The notes under the pieces: generated by a model | What the model was told of the DNA's origin: nothing | The model's database searches: none | What the model saw: the letters and a program-made list of their open reading frames with translations, nothing else | NCBI GenBank assembly: GCA_039588295.1 | Contig: JBDHAB010000005.1 | Span: forward strand, 62,395-126,394 | Source of the DNA: Gemmatimonadota bacterium | GTDB lineage: Bacteria; Gemmatimonadota; Gemmatimonadetes; Gemmatimonadales; GWC2-71-9 | Direction of reading: 5' to 3' | Length of the DNA: 64,000 nucleotides | Shown: positions 29,805 to 39,848 of the stretch, in pieces | Layout of the letters: every line of letters begins with the position of its first letter | Numbering within the stretch: position 1 is the first letter of the stretch | Translations under genes and position numbers: made by a program

Positions 29805-31241
29805 ATGAGGCCGCTCGACTGGGCCGTCATGACGGCGTACTTCCTCGCCGTCATCGCCATCGGGATCCATTTCACACGCCGGCAACGCGACGCCTCCGAC
29901 TACTTCCTCGGTCGCCACTCACTCCCGTGGTGGGCGGTCATGCTGTCGATCGTCGCCACGGAAACCTCCGCGCTCACTGTGATCTCCGTTCCCGGTCTCG
30001 CCGCCCGAGGCGACCTGCGATTCCTGCAGCTCCCCATCGGCTATCTGATCGGCCGCATCGGGGTGGCGGTCTGGTTGCTGCCTGGGTACTTCCGGGGCAA
30101 GAATGAGACTGCCTATACGAGGCTCGAGACGCGGTTCGGGCCCAAGACGCGGCGCGTGGCATCGGCAATCTTCATGGGCATTCGGGCGCTGGGCGACAGC
30201 GTGCGCGTATTTGCGACCGCGATCCCGCTGACCATCGTGACCGGGTGGTCCATCCCAATGAGCGTTGCCGTCGTCGCCAGCGTCACGTTGGTGTATACCT
30301 GGGCCGGCGGAATCAAGGCCGTCGTCTGGGTCGACGTCATGCAGATGGTGATCTACGTCGTGGGCGGGATCGCAACGCTCGTCGCCGCGGTCACGCTCGC
30401 GGGTGGCCTGTCCAGCGCGTTCGGAGACGGCTTGGCTGCGGGCAAACTCAGGATGGTCGACTGGTCCCTCTCGTTCAGCACCACGTACACGCTCGCCGGC
30501 GGGATCGTGGGTGGCGCCCTTCTCTCCGCGGCTTCCCATGGCACCGACCACCTGATCGTGCAGCGCCTCCTCGCCACACGCAGCTTATCGGATGCGCGCC
30601 GCGCCCTCGTGGGCTCAGGCGTGCTGGTCATCCTGCAGTTCGCGCTGTTTCTCCTCGTCGGGACCGCGCTGTGGGCGGCCGGCGCCGACAACCCGGACCT
30701 CGCGGGCGACGCGCTGTACCCGACGTTCGCCGTGGCCCGGCTGCCGATCGGCATTTCGGGGCTCGTCGTCGCCGGGCTCCTGGCCGCCGCCATGAGTACG
30801 GTGAGCTCCTCGCTCAACTCCCTCGCGTCGGCCGCAACGCACGATTTCTACGCGCCGCTTCGCCACCGCTCGGACCCGCGGCACCTCTTGAAGGTCGGGC
30901 GCTGGGCGACGGTGGGTTGGGCAGTGGTCCTGGCCGGCGGCGCCCTTTCGTTCCGATCGACCGACCAGCCTGTGGTCGAGCTGGCGCTCTCCATCGCGTC
31001 GATCACCTACGGTGGCCTGCTCGGCACCTACATCCTCGGCGGCGTCCGCCGAGTGGCCCGGGAACGCGATGCGCTGGTCGCCATCACCGCCGCCACGGTG
31101 ATCATGTTGGTCGTCGTGCTCGGAAAGCCTTGGATCTTCGAGAATCTGGCCTGGCCGTGGTACGTTCCGCTGGGAACCACCCTGACGCTGTTCGCCGGGT
31201 GGCTTTCCAGCGCCCTGTCGATCCGAAGAACTGCGCAATGA
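29805..31241 (+). CDS. Sodium:solute symporter (SSS family)
   Basis: DYFLG, SIVATETS, GGIKAVVWVD, VQRLL, AAAMST.SS. Confidence 0.9.
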   Translation: MRPLDWAVMTAYFLAVIAIGIHFTRRQRDASDYFLGRHSLPWWAVMLSIVATETSALTVISVPGLAARGDLRFLQLPIGYLIGRIGVAVWLLPGYFRGKNETAYTRLETRFGPKTRRVASAIFMGIRALGDSVRVFATAIPLTIVTGWSIPMSVAVVASVTLVYTWAGGIKAVVWVDVMQMVIYVVGGIATLVAAVTLAGGLSSAFGDGLAAGKLRMVDWSLSFSTTYTLAGGIVGGALLSAASHGTDHLIVQRLLATRSLSDARRALVGSGVLVILQFALFLLVGTALWAAGADNPDLAGDALYPTFAVARLPIGISGLVVAGLLAAAMSTVSSSLNSLASAATHDFYAPLRHRSDPRHLLKVGRWATVGWAVVLAGGALSFRSTDQPVVELALSIASITYGGLLGTYILGGVRRVARERDALVAITAATVIMLVVVLGKPWIFENLAWPWYVPLGTTLTLFAGWLSSALSIRRTAQ

Positions 31242-32176
31242 GACTCCTGATCGGCGTGGATGCGGGAGCGTCGCATACGGAGGCGGCGGTGGCGACGAGT
31301 CCCGACCGGATCCTCGCCCGACAGCGTGGTGCACCCGGCTCCGTGCGTGCCGGCATGGAGGCAGAAGCCAGTGCAGCGATTGTCGAGGCGGTCCATGCTG
31401 CGCTGGCCCAAGTGGACACCGAGTGGGAATCGGCGGTGTTGGTGGTGGGTGCCGCTGGTGCCGGCAGAGCATCGGAGCGTCAGGCCTTGGAGCGCACGGT
31501 CGCCGGCACGCTCGGGCTCGACGCTCAGATCCGGGTCACGACAGACGGAGAGATCGCGCTGGAATCCGTCTTTCCCGGTAGACCGGGCCTCGTCGTCCTC
31601 GCCGGCTCCGGCTCGATCGGCTATGCGCGAGACACGGGTGGAACGTTGTGGCGGGTCGGGGGCCTCGGCTGGCGCATCGGAGACGAGGGAAGCGGATACG
31701 CACTGGCCCGCGACGCACTCGCGGCGGTTGGGCGCGCCGCAGACGGGCGCGGCAAGCCTACCGCGCTCGAAGCGCGGCTCTGCGAAGCTGCGGGTGTCAC
31801 GGATACCGACAGCCTCGCGCGCTGGGCACTCGCGGCATCTCCCAAAGGGATTGCGGGACTGGCACGGGTGGTATGTGACGTCGGTCAGCAGGGGGACGAG
31901 GTGGCCAGAGCGCTGATCGAACAGGCAGCAGCCAACCTCTGCCTCCACGTCGAGGCGCTGCTCAACCGCGTACCTGGCGTTGCCGGGCTTCCATTGGTGT
32001 TGGGCGGCGGCCTGCTCAGCGAGGGCTCCCCACTGCGCGCGACGTTGGTCGACCTCGTGCGGCGCCGTTGGCCCCACCTCCACGTCGTGCCCGGGCCGCT
32101 GGATCCGGTGGTCGGAGCGCTCCGGTTGGCGGACAGGTTACCGTCCGCGAACCGGAAGGCGGCGGGCGCTCCCTAG
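31238..32176 (+). CDS. BadF/BadG family kinase (GlcNAc/MurNAc kinase-like)
   Basis: IGVDAGASHT, LAGSGS, GGLGWRIGDEGSG, GG; ATG overlaps the SSS stop. Confidence 0.88.
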   Translation: MRLLIGVDAGASHTEAAVATSPDRILARQRGAPGSVRAGMEAEASAAIVEAVHAALAQVDTEWESAVLVVGAAGAGRASERQALERTVAGTLGLDAQIRVTTDGEIALESVFPGRPGLVVLAGSGSIGYARDTGGTLWRVGGLGWRIGDEGSGYALARDALAAVGRAADGRGKPTALEARLCEAAGVTDTDSLARWALAASPKGIAGLARVVCDVGQQGDEVARALIEQAAANLCLHVEALLNRVPGVAGLPLVLGGGLLSEGSPLRATLVDLVRRRWPHLHVVPGPLDPVVGALRLADRLPSANRKAAGAP

Positions 32177-34315
32177 CTACGATCCTCGCTGCGCTTCAAC
32201 CGGCTTCCCGAGAATCCAGACCACCGCCAAAATCATCGCGAATCCCAACAGCAAGGAGATCCATGGCGACAGTCCCATCGCCGTGGGGATGTCGCCAACC
32301 GCCATACCGACAACGGCGACGACGAGTGCGTACGGTAGCTGCGTGCGCACGTGGTCGACGTGGTCGCAGCCCGATGCCATGGAACTGAGAACCGTGGTGT
32401 CCGAGATGGGCGAGCAGTGATCACCGAAAACCGATCCTGCCATCACCGACGAGATCGCGCCCAGCAGAATCGGGTAGTTAGGGCCACCGTCGATTGCCAC
32501 GCCCCCGCCGAGCGCGACCGAGAGCGGGATGGCCAGAGGTAGCAGGATCGCCATCGTGCCCCACGACGTCCCGGTCGCAAACGAGATGAGGGCGGCCACG
32601 ATGAAGACGGCCACCGGGAGCATGGTGATGGGCATCCGATCCGACAGCGCGCTCGACAGGAACGGCGCCGTTTCCAGCTCCGTCGTGACCGCTCCCAGCG
32701 ACCATGCGAGCACGAGGATTACCATAGCCAGAACCATTGCCCGCAACCCGTTGAGCCATGCTGTGACCGCCTCCGAGAGCCGCAGGATCCGCTGCGACAC
32801 GGCCAACGCAATGGCGACCAGGCACCCCAGGAGCGATCCCCAGAGCAACGTGCTGAACGGATCGGCGTTCCCGAGGATCTGCGAGAGGCCTGCAGGCTCC
32901 CCTTCGGGAATCGCCCGGTAGCCTGTGTAGAGGAGGCCGATCACGACGGTCACCACGACCGTGAGCACCGGCAGCGCTCCGTTCCACCAGCGGAGCGGCG
33001 TCCCTGGTGGTGCGCCCTCGAGTTCCGTGCTGGTGTCCGACGCGAGTTGTGCGGCGGGCCGAAACACTCCGCCCCCGGTGCTAGCGCGGCGCTCGGCAGC
33101 GAGCATCGGTCCGAATTCCCGCCCGGTGAACAGCAGCGTACCCACCATGAACACGGCCAGAATCGGATAGAACAGGTACGGAATGGTCTGGAGGAACACG
33201 GCAAAGGGCGAGGCCGCCTGGAGCGAGTCCGCCAGCGCCGGATTGGCGGCGTTCTGCGCTGCAGTAAGCCGCAGGCCATCCCCGATCAATCCGATCTCGA
33301 ACCCGACCCAGGTCGATACGAACACCAAGACAGTCACTGGGGCCGCCGTCGAGTCGACGATATACGCCAGTTTCTCTCGCGAGATCTTGAGCTGATCGGT
33401 GAGCGGGCGCATCGTGTTGCCAACGATCAACGTGTTGGCGTAGTCGTCGAAGAAGATCAGAATCCCCGCGAGCCAGGTGGCGAACTGCCCGCGGCGGCGG
33501 GAGGTCGCCAGGGGCGTGACGGCATTCACGATTGCTCGTGTTCCGCCCATGCGACTCATGACACCGACCATCCCACCGAGCAGCAGCGAGAAGAGCACGA
33601 TGGCGGCGTGGTCGGGATCGGCCAGCGCCGGCCTGATGAAGCGCTCGATGGTCATGAGTATGGCGGCGAACGGGTTGTAGCCCGCGAGGAACACACACCC
33701 GAGCCACACCCCGAGAAAGAGGCTACTCACTACCTCGTGGGAGATGAGCGCGAGGGCGATGGCCATGAGCGGCGGGAGAATGCTGAACCATCCTGGGACG
33801 AGCGGTCGGGCGAGTTCTGTGCGGCTGTCGCCCACCACAACCGTGAGCGGGAGGACCGATTTGTCGGACACGACGAGGTCCCGAAACACGCTCTCCCCCA
33901 CGGGCGCGATCGTTGTTTGGCGCAGTACCGACCCGTCCCCAGCGAGGAGCACCACCGGCAAGCTGTCCAGCGAACGCGGCGTCCGCACTGTGATCGAGAA
34001 ACGGATGCCCTTGAGGATGACGGCCGGAGCATCCACCTCGACTTCCTGCGCCTGGAGTTGCTCGGGAACAAGTGACGTCAGACCGAACGCGACCACGAGG
34101 GTCAGGATTGCGACGCGCAGCGCGCCGCACGGGCGGGAGTGATGCGTACCAGACCCGTCTGCCAAGATCGAACTCCTCCGCTGTGTGGGTACGTGTCCGC
34201 GGTGCGACCGGTGCGGGCCCGGGCGCGCCGAGGCGCCCGTCATGGGCCGGGAACCTGCTGCTCGCCTACAAGGTGATTGGGATGATGATGTGGCCGTCCA
34301 CGGGGCGCCCGTCAA
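32177..34315 (-). CDS. NhaC family antiporter/transporter (true start likely downstream)
   Basis: IFFDDYAN, SREKLAYIVDSTAAP, FATGTSWGT, GDHCSPISDTT, HVRTQLPY. Confidence 0.88.
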   Translation of the reverse strand: MTGAPWTATSSSQSPCRRAAGSRPMTGASARPGPHRSHRGHVPTQRRSSILADGSGTHHSRPCGALRVAILTLVVAFGLTSLVPEQLQAQEVEVDAPAVILKGIRFSITVRTPRSLDSLPVVLLAGDGSVLRQTTIAPVGESVFRDLVVSDKSVLPLTVVVGDSRTELARPLVPGWFSILPPLMAIALALISHEVVSSLFLGVWLGCVFLAGYNPFAAILMTIERFIRPALADPDHAAIVLFSLLLGGMVGVMSRMGGTRAIVNAVTPLATSRRRGQFATWLAGILIFFDDYANTLIVGNTMRPLTDQLKISREKLAYIVDSTAAPVTVLVFVSTWVGFEIGLIGDGLRLTAAQNAANPALADSLQAASPFAVFLQTIPYLFYPILAVFMVGTLLFTGREFGPMLAAERRASTGGGVFRPAAQLASDTSTELEGAPPGTPLRWWNGALPVLTVVVTVVIGLLYTGYRAIPEGEPAGLSQILGNADPFSTLLWGSLLGCLVAIALAVSQRILRLSEAVTAWLNGLRAMVLAMVILVLAWSLGAVTTELETAPFLSSALSDRMPITMLPVAVFIVAALISFATGTSWGTMAILLPLAIPLSVALGGGVAIDGGPNYPILLGAISSVMAGSVFGDHCSPISDTTVLSSMASGCDHVDHVRTQLPYALVVAVVGMAVGDIPTAMGLSPWISLLLGFAMILAVVWILGKPVEAQRGS

Positions 34316-35027
34316 GAGTGCGGGCCGGTGCGAACTGGAACTGATACATCTGCTCGAGGAACTTCTTGCGATAGCTCGCGTCCTCGATCCGAGGGTCGAC
34401 CTCCACGCGGGTCACCTTCCCCAGCCGATTCACCCAGAAATGAACCGCGAATTCCATTCCGCGCACGGACTTGGGCCGATCGGCCGGCACGATAATGAAC
34501 TTGGGCTCAGGGGGAAGCACCGAGCCGCCTTCGCCGCCGGTCCCGGGTCCCGCGCCGCTGCCGACCCCGGTTCCCTGCCCTGAGCCGACTCCCCCACCGG
34601 ACCCGGAGCCTTGCCCCTGCCCACCGCCCGTGCCTGCACCGCTCCCGATGCGCGGCGCCTCGATCACTGGCCCCGGCACCTCGAGCAGCACCAGCTGCTG
34701 CTGCTCGAAGGCAACCGTCGTCACGTCGGGCTGTGGGAGTGCAAGTTCCGGAATCTGGGGTTGCTCCTCCACCTCGGCCGGAGCGGTCCCGCTGGGGACG
34801 AGTGGCGGCAAGTCGATGTAGCGGATGACCGCGCCACCGCCCCCACCACCGCCGCCCCGCGGACCTGGCCCCCCAATGGCCCGGAGCGCACCACCCGCCT
34901 GGGTCGCGGCGAGCACCATGGCAACCACAAAACCGACATGGATCAACGCGGCCGCCGCAACGCCGCGGCCGAAGCGCTCGCCCGAGCGCGGCATCCGGAG
35001 ATCGAGCGTCCGCCTCTGGTCCTTCAT
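34266..35027 (-). CDS. TonB-like protein with Gly-rich linker
   Basis: TM anchor, GSG-rich linker, C-terminal FAPARTLDGRPV. Confidence 0.7.
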   Translation of the reverse strand: MKDQRRTLDLRMPRSGERFGRGVAAAALIHVGFVVAMVLAATQAGGALRAIGGPGPRGGGGGGGGAVIRYIDLPPLVPSGTAPAEVEEQPQIPELALPQPDVTTVAFEQQQLVLLEVPGPVIEAPRIGSGAGTGGGQGQGSGSGGGVGSGQGTGVGSGAGPGTGGEGGSVLPPEPKFIIVPADRPKSVRGMEFAVHFWVNRLGKVTRVEVDPRIEDASYRKKFLEQMYQFQFAPARTLDGRPVDGHIIIPITL

Positions 35028-35121
35028 GGGTCCATTATACACCAACGGGCGCGAAGACCTTCCAATTTGGGTCTCCGCGCCCGTCGAGCCACCAACAACT
35101 TCCCTGTCGTTTGTCGGCCCC

Positions 35122-35547
35122 TTAATCCTCCGACGCCCGATCCGGCGGGGTGAAGCCGATGACCTGGACACCGGCGCCACGCGCGGCGTCCATGACTTCC
35201 ACCACCTCCTGATACCTTCGGTTCGGCGCCGACTTTACGAAGAGGATCTTCTGGGGCCGATTATCGTAGATCGCGTGAAATCTCGCGTCCAGGAGCTCCC
35301 GGGACACGGGCACATTGTTGATCTGATAGCTCCCGTCAGCCATCAGCTGCAACACAATGTTGTTGCTGGGTCCGGAGGACTGTTGGCGACTGCGGACCTC
35401 CGGCGGAACCTGGACATCCATCGCCTTCCGCGACAGTGGAACCTGCATCATGAAGATGATGAGGAGGACCAGCAGGATGTCGATCATCGGAACGACATTC
35501 GGCTCGTGGTTCGGCTGTGTGCCCGCTTCTGGAAGTGAGAGCGCCAT
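35122..35547 (-). CDS. ExbD/TolR family protein
   Basis: NVVPMIDILLVLLIIFM. Confidence 0.9.
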   Translation of the reverse strand: MALSLPEAGTQPNHEPNVVPMIDILLVLLIIFMMQVPLSRKAMDVQVPPEVRSRQQSSGPSNNIVLQLMADGSYQINNVPVSRELLDARFHAIYDNRPQKILFVKSAPNRRYQEVVEVMDAARGAGVQVIGFTPPDRASED

Positions 35548-35549
35548 GG

Positions 35550-36014
35550 CTACCTCCCTACCCGTCCGAGAATGCCAGCGTCCTCGCGGAGCTCTTCGGT
35601 GACGGCCGCAAGCACTCGCACCCCCGAGGCTCGAGCCGTCTCAATCGCCTCTTGCACCTGCCCGAAGGGAAGCTCCCGGTCCGCACGAAAATACAGAATC
35701 TTGTCCTTCGTGCGGGTCTCGAAAATCTGGCTGAGGATGTCGCCGAGCTGGCCCTCAGGTACCACGCCGATCTCGCCCGTACCGGGGTCGAGGTAGAACC
35801 GGCCATCCTCGTCCATGCCGAGCACGACGTCACCGCCCTCTTCCTGCCGTGGCTCGATGTTGCGCGCCATTGGCATCTCAGCCGTGAACCCGGACGCGAT
35901 GACCGGCGTCACGATCATGAAGATGATCAGCAACACCAGCATGATGTCGATCATCGGCACGACGTTGGGTTCCGACTTTACACCACCCCCAGGACTACCA
36001 ACTTGCACGCCCAT
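35550..36014 (-). CDS. ExbD/TolR family protein
   Basis: EPNVVPMIDIMLVLLIIFMIV, RADRELPFG. Confidence 0.9.
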   Translation of the reverse strand: MGVQVGSPGGGVKSEPNVVPMIDIMLVLLIIFMIVTPVIASGFTAEMPMARNIEPRQEEGGDVVLGMDEDGRFYLDPGTGEIGVVPEGQLGDILSQIFETRTKDKILYFRADRELPFGQVQEAIETARASGVRVLAAVTEELREDAGILGRVGR

Positions 36015-36055
36015 AGATCAGCTACTCCCGCTCAACAGGGTCGACCAGTGCGCCA

Positions 36056-36799
36056 CTACTTGCTGACGTGACCGGACTGGGCGGCCTGTTGGGCCTTGAA
36101 CTCCTTGGTGAAGATCGAACGGCCGAATTCGCTGCCGACACTCTTGATGAGGAAGTCGATCAGCTCCTTCGACGTGTACGTCATCTCGACCGTGAGATTC
36201 TCCACCTTGGTCTGGAAGTAGTTGTACAACCACACGGCGGGGATCGCGACCGCGAGGCCGAACGCCGTCGTGATGAGCGCTTCGGCGATTCCGGCCGACA
36301 CTGCTGCCAAGCCACCTGAGCCCGACGTCGCCATGCCGGTGAACGAGTTCACGATACCCATCGTGGTGCCGAGCAGCCCGACGAACGGCGCCGTTGAGCC
36401 GACGGTCGCCAGGATACCCAGTCCCCGCTTCAGCTCGGAGAGGAGGATGAGCATCTGCCGCTCGATGGCCCGTTCCGCAGAGTTGATGTCCCCGCTGGTG
36501 ATCGTGGCCCGGTCCCGCAGCAGCGGTTTCACTTCGGCCAATGCCTCGCCCAGGACCCGCGCCACGTGTGAGACTTTCTGCTTCTCGGCGACCGCGATCG
36601 CCTGATCCAACTGCTCTTCTTGCAGGAACCGTGCGAACTCGGGCGCGAACTTCCGCGTTTCCTTCATGCTCTTCCGGAAGCGCCACCACTTCTGCGCACC
36701 GACTCCAAGCGAGAATACCGACATGACGCCGAGCAGGAAGATGATCCCCCGCGCGAACCAACCCGCATCGCCCCAGAGCTGTAATAGTGATACTTCCAT
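36056..36799 (-). CDS. MotA/TolQ/ExbB proton channel
   Basis: TAPFVGLLGT, GIAEALITTAFGLAVAIPA. Confidence 0.92.
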   Translation of the reverse strand: MEVSLLQLWGDAGWFARGIIFLLGVMSVFSLGVGAQKWWRFRKSMKETRKFAPEFARFLQEEQLDQAIAVAEKQKVSHVARVLGEALAEVKPLLRDRATITSGDINSAERAIERQMLILLSELKRGLGILATVGSTAPFVGLLGTTMGIVNSFTGMATSGSGGLAAVSAGIAEALITTAFGLAVAIPAVWLYNYFQTKVENLTVEMTYTSKELIDFLIKSVGSEFGRSIFTKEFKAQQAAQSGHVSK

Positions 36800-36865
36800 G
36801 GTGTCGTGCGCCTCCGCTACGAGATGATTAGATGGCGAGTTCTATGGTCATTCGCTGTCTGGCGT

Positions 36866-37588
36866 CTAGCCTCGACCAGCCAGATTGAACACGATCGGCA
36901 TCTGCACGAGCACCCGCACCGGGTTGGCCCGCACGCGTCCGGGGCGGAACAGACACTTGCCAATCATCTCCCGCGCTGGTCCTTCGAATGCCTTATGCGA
37001 CGAGGTCAGTGTCTCGATGGTCTCACCTCGCACGTGCCCGTCCGTTTCCACCACGAACTGCAGCAATACCTGTCCCTGGATGTTGGCCTGTTGCATCATG
37101 CGCGGGTACTCGGGCAGCGGACAGGAAATCCGTTCCGGGACCTCGTCGACCACCGCTTCGGCAAACACCTGGGTCAGGTCCACCGGGCCAGTCGCGCCCT
37201 CCACACCGCTGAACACACCACCCTCGACACCGACCCCGCTGTAGTCGCGCGGGTCGAACCGCTCTTCGAGGTTGATGGGCGGGATCTCCGTCGGTATGTC
37301 GATCGGTGCCGCCAGAACCTGGAAGCCCTTGGGCGGCGGGTTGAGGGAGGTGACGATTGGGGGCGGCTCGTCCGGCTCGTCCGGCTTCTCTTCCGGCTCG
37401 GGCTCGTCCAACACGAGCATGATCGTGTCGATGTCGACCGACTCCTGCTCTTGGGCGACACCCATCGTGGCGTACACCGCCGCACCAATCAGTACCGTCT
37501 GGAACACGGTGGACGTGAACATCCCCATGACGACGCCCTTTACGTCCCGCCGGCCGCTGCGATTCGATTCAACGAGGTTGTCGAACAC
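36866..37588 (-). CDS. Energy transducer TonB
   Basis: TM anchor, EP-rich linker, YP..QG.V.LQFVV, FRPG. Confidence 0.88.
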   Translation of the reverse strand: MFDNLVESNRSGRRDVKGVVMGMFTSTVFQTVLIGAAVYATMGVAQEQESVDIDTIMLVLDEPEPEEKPDEPDEPPPIVTSLNPPPKGFQVLAAPIDIPTEIPPINLEERFDPRDYSGVGVEGGVFSGVEGATGPVDLTQVFAEAVVDEVPERISCPLPEYPRMMQQANIQGQVLLQFVVETDGHVRGETIETLTSSHKAFEGPAREMIGKCLFRPGRVRANPVRVLVQMPIVFNLAGRG

Positions 37589-37728
37589 CTGAATCCTCCG
37601 GCTGCTCGGTTGGCGCTACAATTCTACATGCTGGTACCCCACCCGGCTACCCGCTACCCCACCACCACGCTTACCTCGAGATTACAGAACGATAACAGCC
37701 GAATGACAGCCCTCGGCCGAGCCCGCCC

Positions 37729-39168
37729 TCACGGCGCAGACCCGGTCGGGAGCGTCACCGTGAACGTTGTCCCGTGGCCCGTTCGGCTCTTCGCCTCGAT
37801 CGACCCGCCGTGCGCCTCGGCGATCCACCGCGAGATGGCCAGACCCAAGCCGGCTCCCGGACGGTTGCCCGTGCGGCTTCGGGCGGGATCGGCGCGCCAG
37901 AACCGGTCAAAGATATGCGGGAGATCGCCGGGTGCGATCCCGATGCCGCTGTCTCGTACCGTCACCACGATCTCGTCGTCGCGGTGGCTCGAGTCAATCC
38001 ACACGTTCCCGGAAGGTGGGGTGTATTTGATGGCATTGGTGAGGAGGTTCGTGAGCATTTGGCGGATCCGGCTGGCGTCTGCCCGCATGCGGAACGGTCG
38101 TTCCGGCACCCGCACGGCGACCTCCACCGAGGCCTGCTCGCCAAGGATGCTTGCCGTTTCGGCCAGCTCCGCGAGGAGTTCCTGCATGTCCACGTCTTCC
38201 AAGTGGAGCGGCGCCCGGCCCTCGTCGGCTCGAGCCAGTGTCAGCAACGAATCCACCAGCTCAGCCATGCGGTTGACTTCGAACAGGGTCTCCTCGAGCG
38301 TGGCCATGACATCCGCAGGGGTCTTCGGGTGGGTGATCGAACGTTCAATCCCGGAGCGGAGCACGGTCAGCGGGGTCTTGAGCTCGTGACTCGCGTCGGC
38401 CGTGAAGCGTCTGAGGCTCCCGAAGCTCCGCTCGAGCCGTGCCAGCATCCGGTTCAACGTCCGTGTCAACCGTGCCAGCTCGTCGTGCGCCACGGGGTCG
38501 CCGAGGCGCTTATGGAGGGTCCGGCCGTCGGTGATTGCCTCGATCTCATCAACGATGTTTTCCACGGGCTTCAGGTTCCGACCGACCAGCACGAACCCGA
38601 ACAGCAACGACGCCGCGATCACGAACGGTGCGGTCCACAGCATGGCGGTCAACAGTGGAACGAATCCGGTGGTCGAAACTCCTGAAACCACAGCCGTCGG
38701 TTCCGGTCCCGCCTCAGTCATCGGCTGCACGAAATAGCGCACCCTTCCGACCGGCGCCCCGATGTCGGCGAGTCCCGGCCGCCCTAGCGTGCCCGGCTCC
38801 AGCGCCGCGCCGATGAGCGCCTGAAAGGTCGAGATGGGAAACTCGCGGGCGTCCTGGGACACAAACAGCACGCGCTCGTCGTGGCCCAGGACGATGACAT
38901 AGCCCCTCACACCCTCGAGCAGTGACGCAACCGCTGGGATGAGGACCAGGTCGCCGGTCTGTGGATCGGGCCAGACCACCTGCTCGCGCGCCCGAAAGGC
39001 CTCACTCAAGATCCCCGTAATCAGGTTCGCCTCGGTCCGAACCCGCGCATCGAGGTCACCGAACGACCCGGAGCCTTGGACCACGTAGGTGACGGCAGCG
39101 AAGGCAACGATGGTTGCGCCCAGCAGGGCGGCATACCCCGCCGCGAGGCGCGCGCGGATGGTCTGCAT
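37729..39168 (-). CDS. HAMP sensor histidine kinase
   Basis: DASHELKTPL, NAIKY, DSGIGI, GLGLAI. Confidence 0.92.
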   Translation of the reverse strand: MQTIRARLAAGYAALLGATIVAFAAVTYVVQGSGSFGDLDARVRTEANLITGILSEAFRAREQVVWPDPQTGDLVLIPAVASLLEGVRGYVIVLGHDERVLFVSQDAREFPISTFQALIGAALEPGTLGRPGLADIGAPVGRVRYFVQPMTEAGPEPTAVVSGVSTTGFVPLLTAMLWTAPFVIAASLLFGFVLVGRNLKPVENIVDEIEAITDGRTLHKRLGDPVAHDELARLTRTLNRMLARLERSFGSLRRFTADASHELKTPLTVLRSGIERSITHPKTPADVMATLEETLFEVNRMAELVDSLLTLARADEGRAPLHLEDVDMQELLAELAETASILGEQASVEVAVRVPERPFRMRADASRIRQMLTNLLTNAIKYTPPSGNVWIDSSHRDDEIVVTVRDSGIGIAPGDLPHIFDRFWRADPARSRTGNRPGAGLGLAISRWIAEAHGGSIEAKSRTGHGTTFTVTLPTGSAP

Positions 39169-39174
39169 GACGGG

Positions 39175-39846
39175 CTAGTCCGACTTGATCACGTAGCCGA
39201 CCCCTCGGACAGTGTGGATCAGCTTCGGGGTGAAGCCTTGGTCGACTTTCTTGCGGAGCCGATTGATGACGACATCCACGATGTTCGTGCCGGGATCGAA
39301 ATGGTAGTCCCACGCATACTCGGTGATCAGGGTGCGCGACATGACACGGCCGGTGTTGCGTGCCAGGTATTCGAGGACGGCGTATTCCTTGGGCGTGAGC
39401 TCGATCGGGAGGCCGCCTCGTTGGACCTCGTGCTTGCCGGTATCGATCACGAGATCAGCAACGCGGAGCACCGGAGGCGCGATCTCTTTGGGCCGGCGAC
39501 TGAGCGCCTCGACCCGGGCCAGCAATTCTTCAAACGCAAACGGCTTCGTGACGTAATCGTCTGCGCCGGTGCGCAGCGCCTGCACCTTCGATTCGACCGC
39601 GTCCTGCGCGGTCAACACGAGCACCGGCGTGTCGACCCCGCGATCCCGCAGCGTGCGGAGCACCTCGACCCCCGTCATGCCGGGCAGCCGGAGATCCAAC
39701 ACAATGAGGTCGTAGGTGGCCTGTGAGGCTCGCTCGAGTCCTTCCTTCCCCTCGGCGACGAGATCAACGTTATGGCGGTGCTCCTCGAGGCCGCGCTGAA
39801 CGAACTGCCCGACGGTGCGGTCGTCCTCCACCACGAGGACCTTCAC
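39175..39846 (-). CDS. OmpR-family response regulator
   Basis: VEDD, LDLRLP, GADDYVTKPF, TVRGVGY. Confidence 0.95.
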   Translation of the reverse strand: MKVLVVEDDRTVGQFVQRGLEEHRHNVDLVAEGKEGLERASQATYDLIVLDLRLPGMTGVEVLRTLRDRGVDTPVLVLTAQDAVESKVQALRTGADDYVTKPFAFEELLARVEALSRRPKEIAPPVLRVADLVIDTGKHEVQRGGLPIELTPKEYAVLEYLARNTGRVMSRTLITEYAWDYHFDPGTNIVDVVINRLRKKVDQGFTPKLIHTVRGVGYVIKSD

Positions 39847-39848
39847 GG

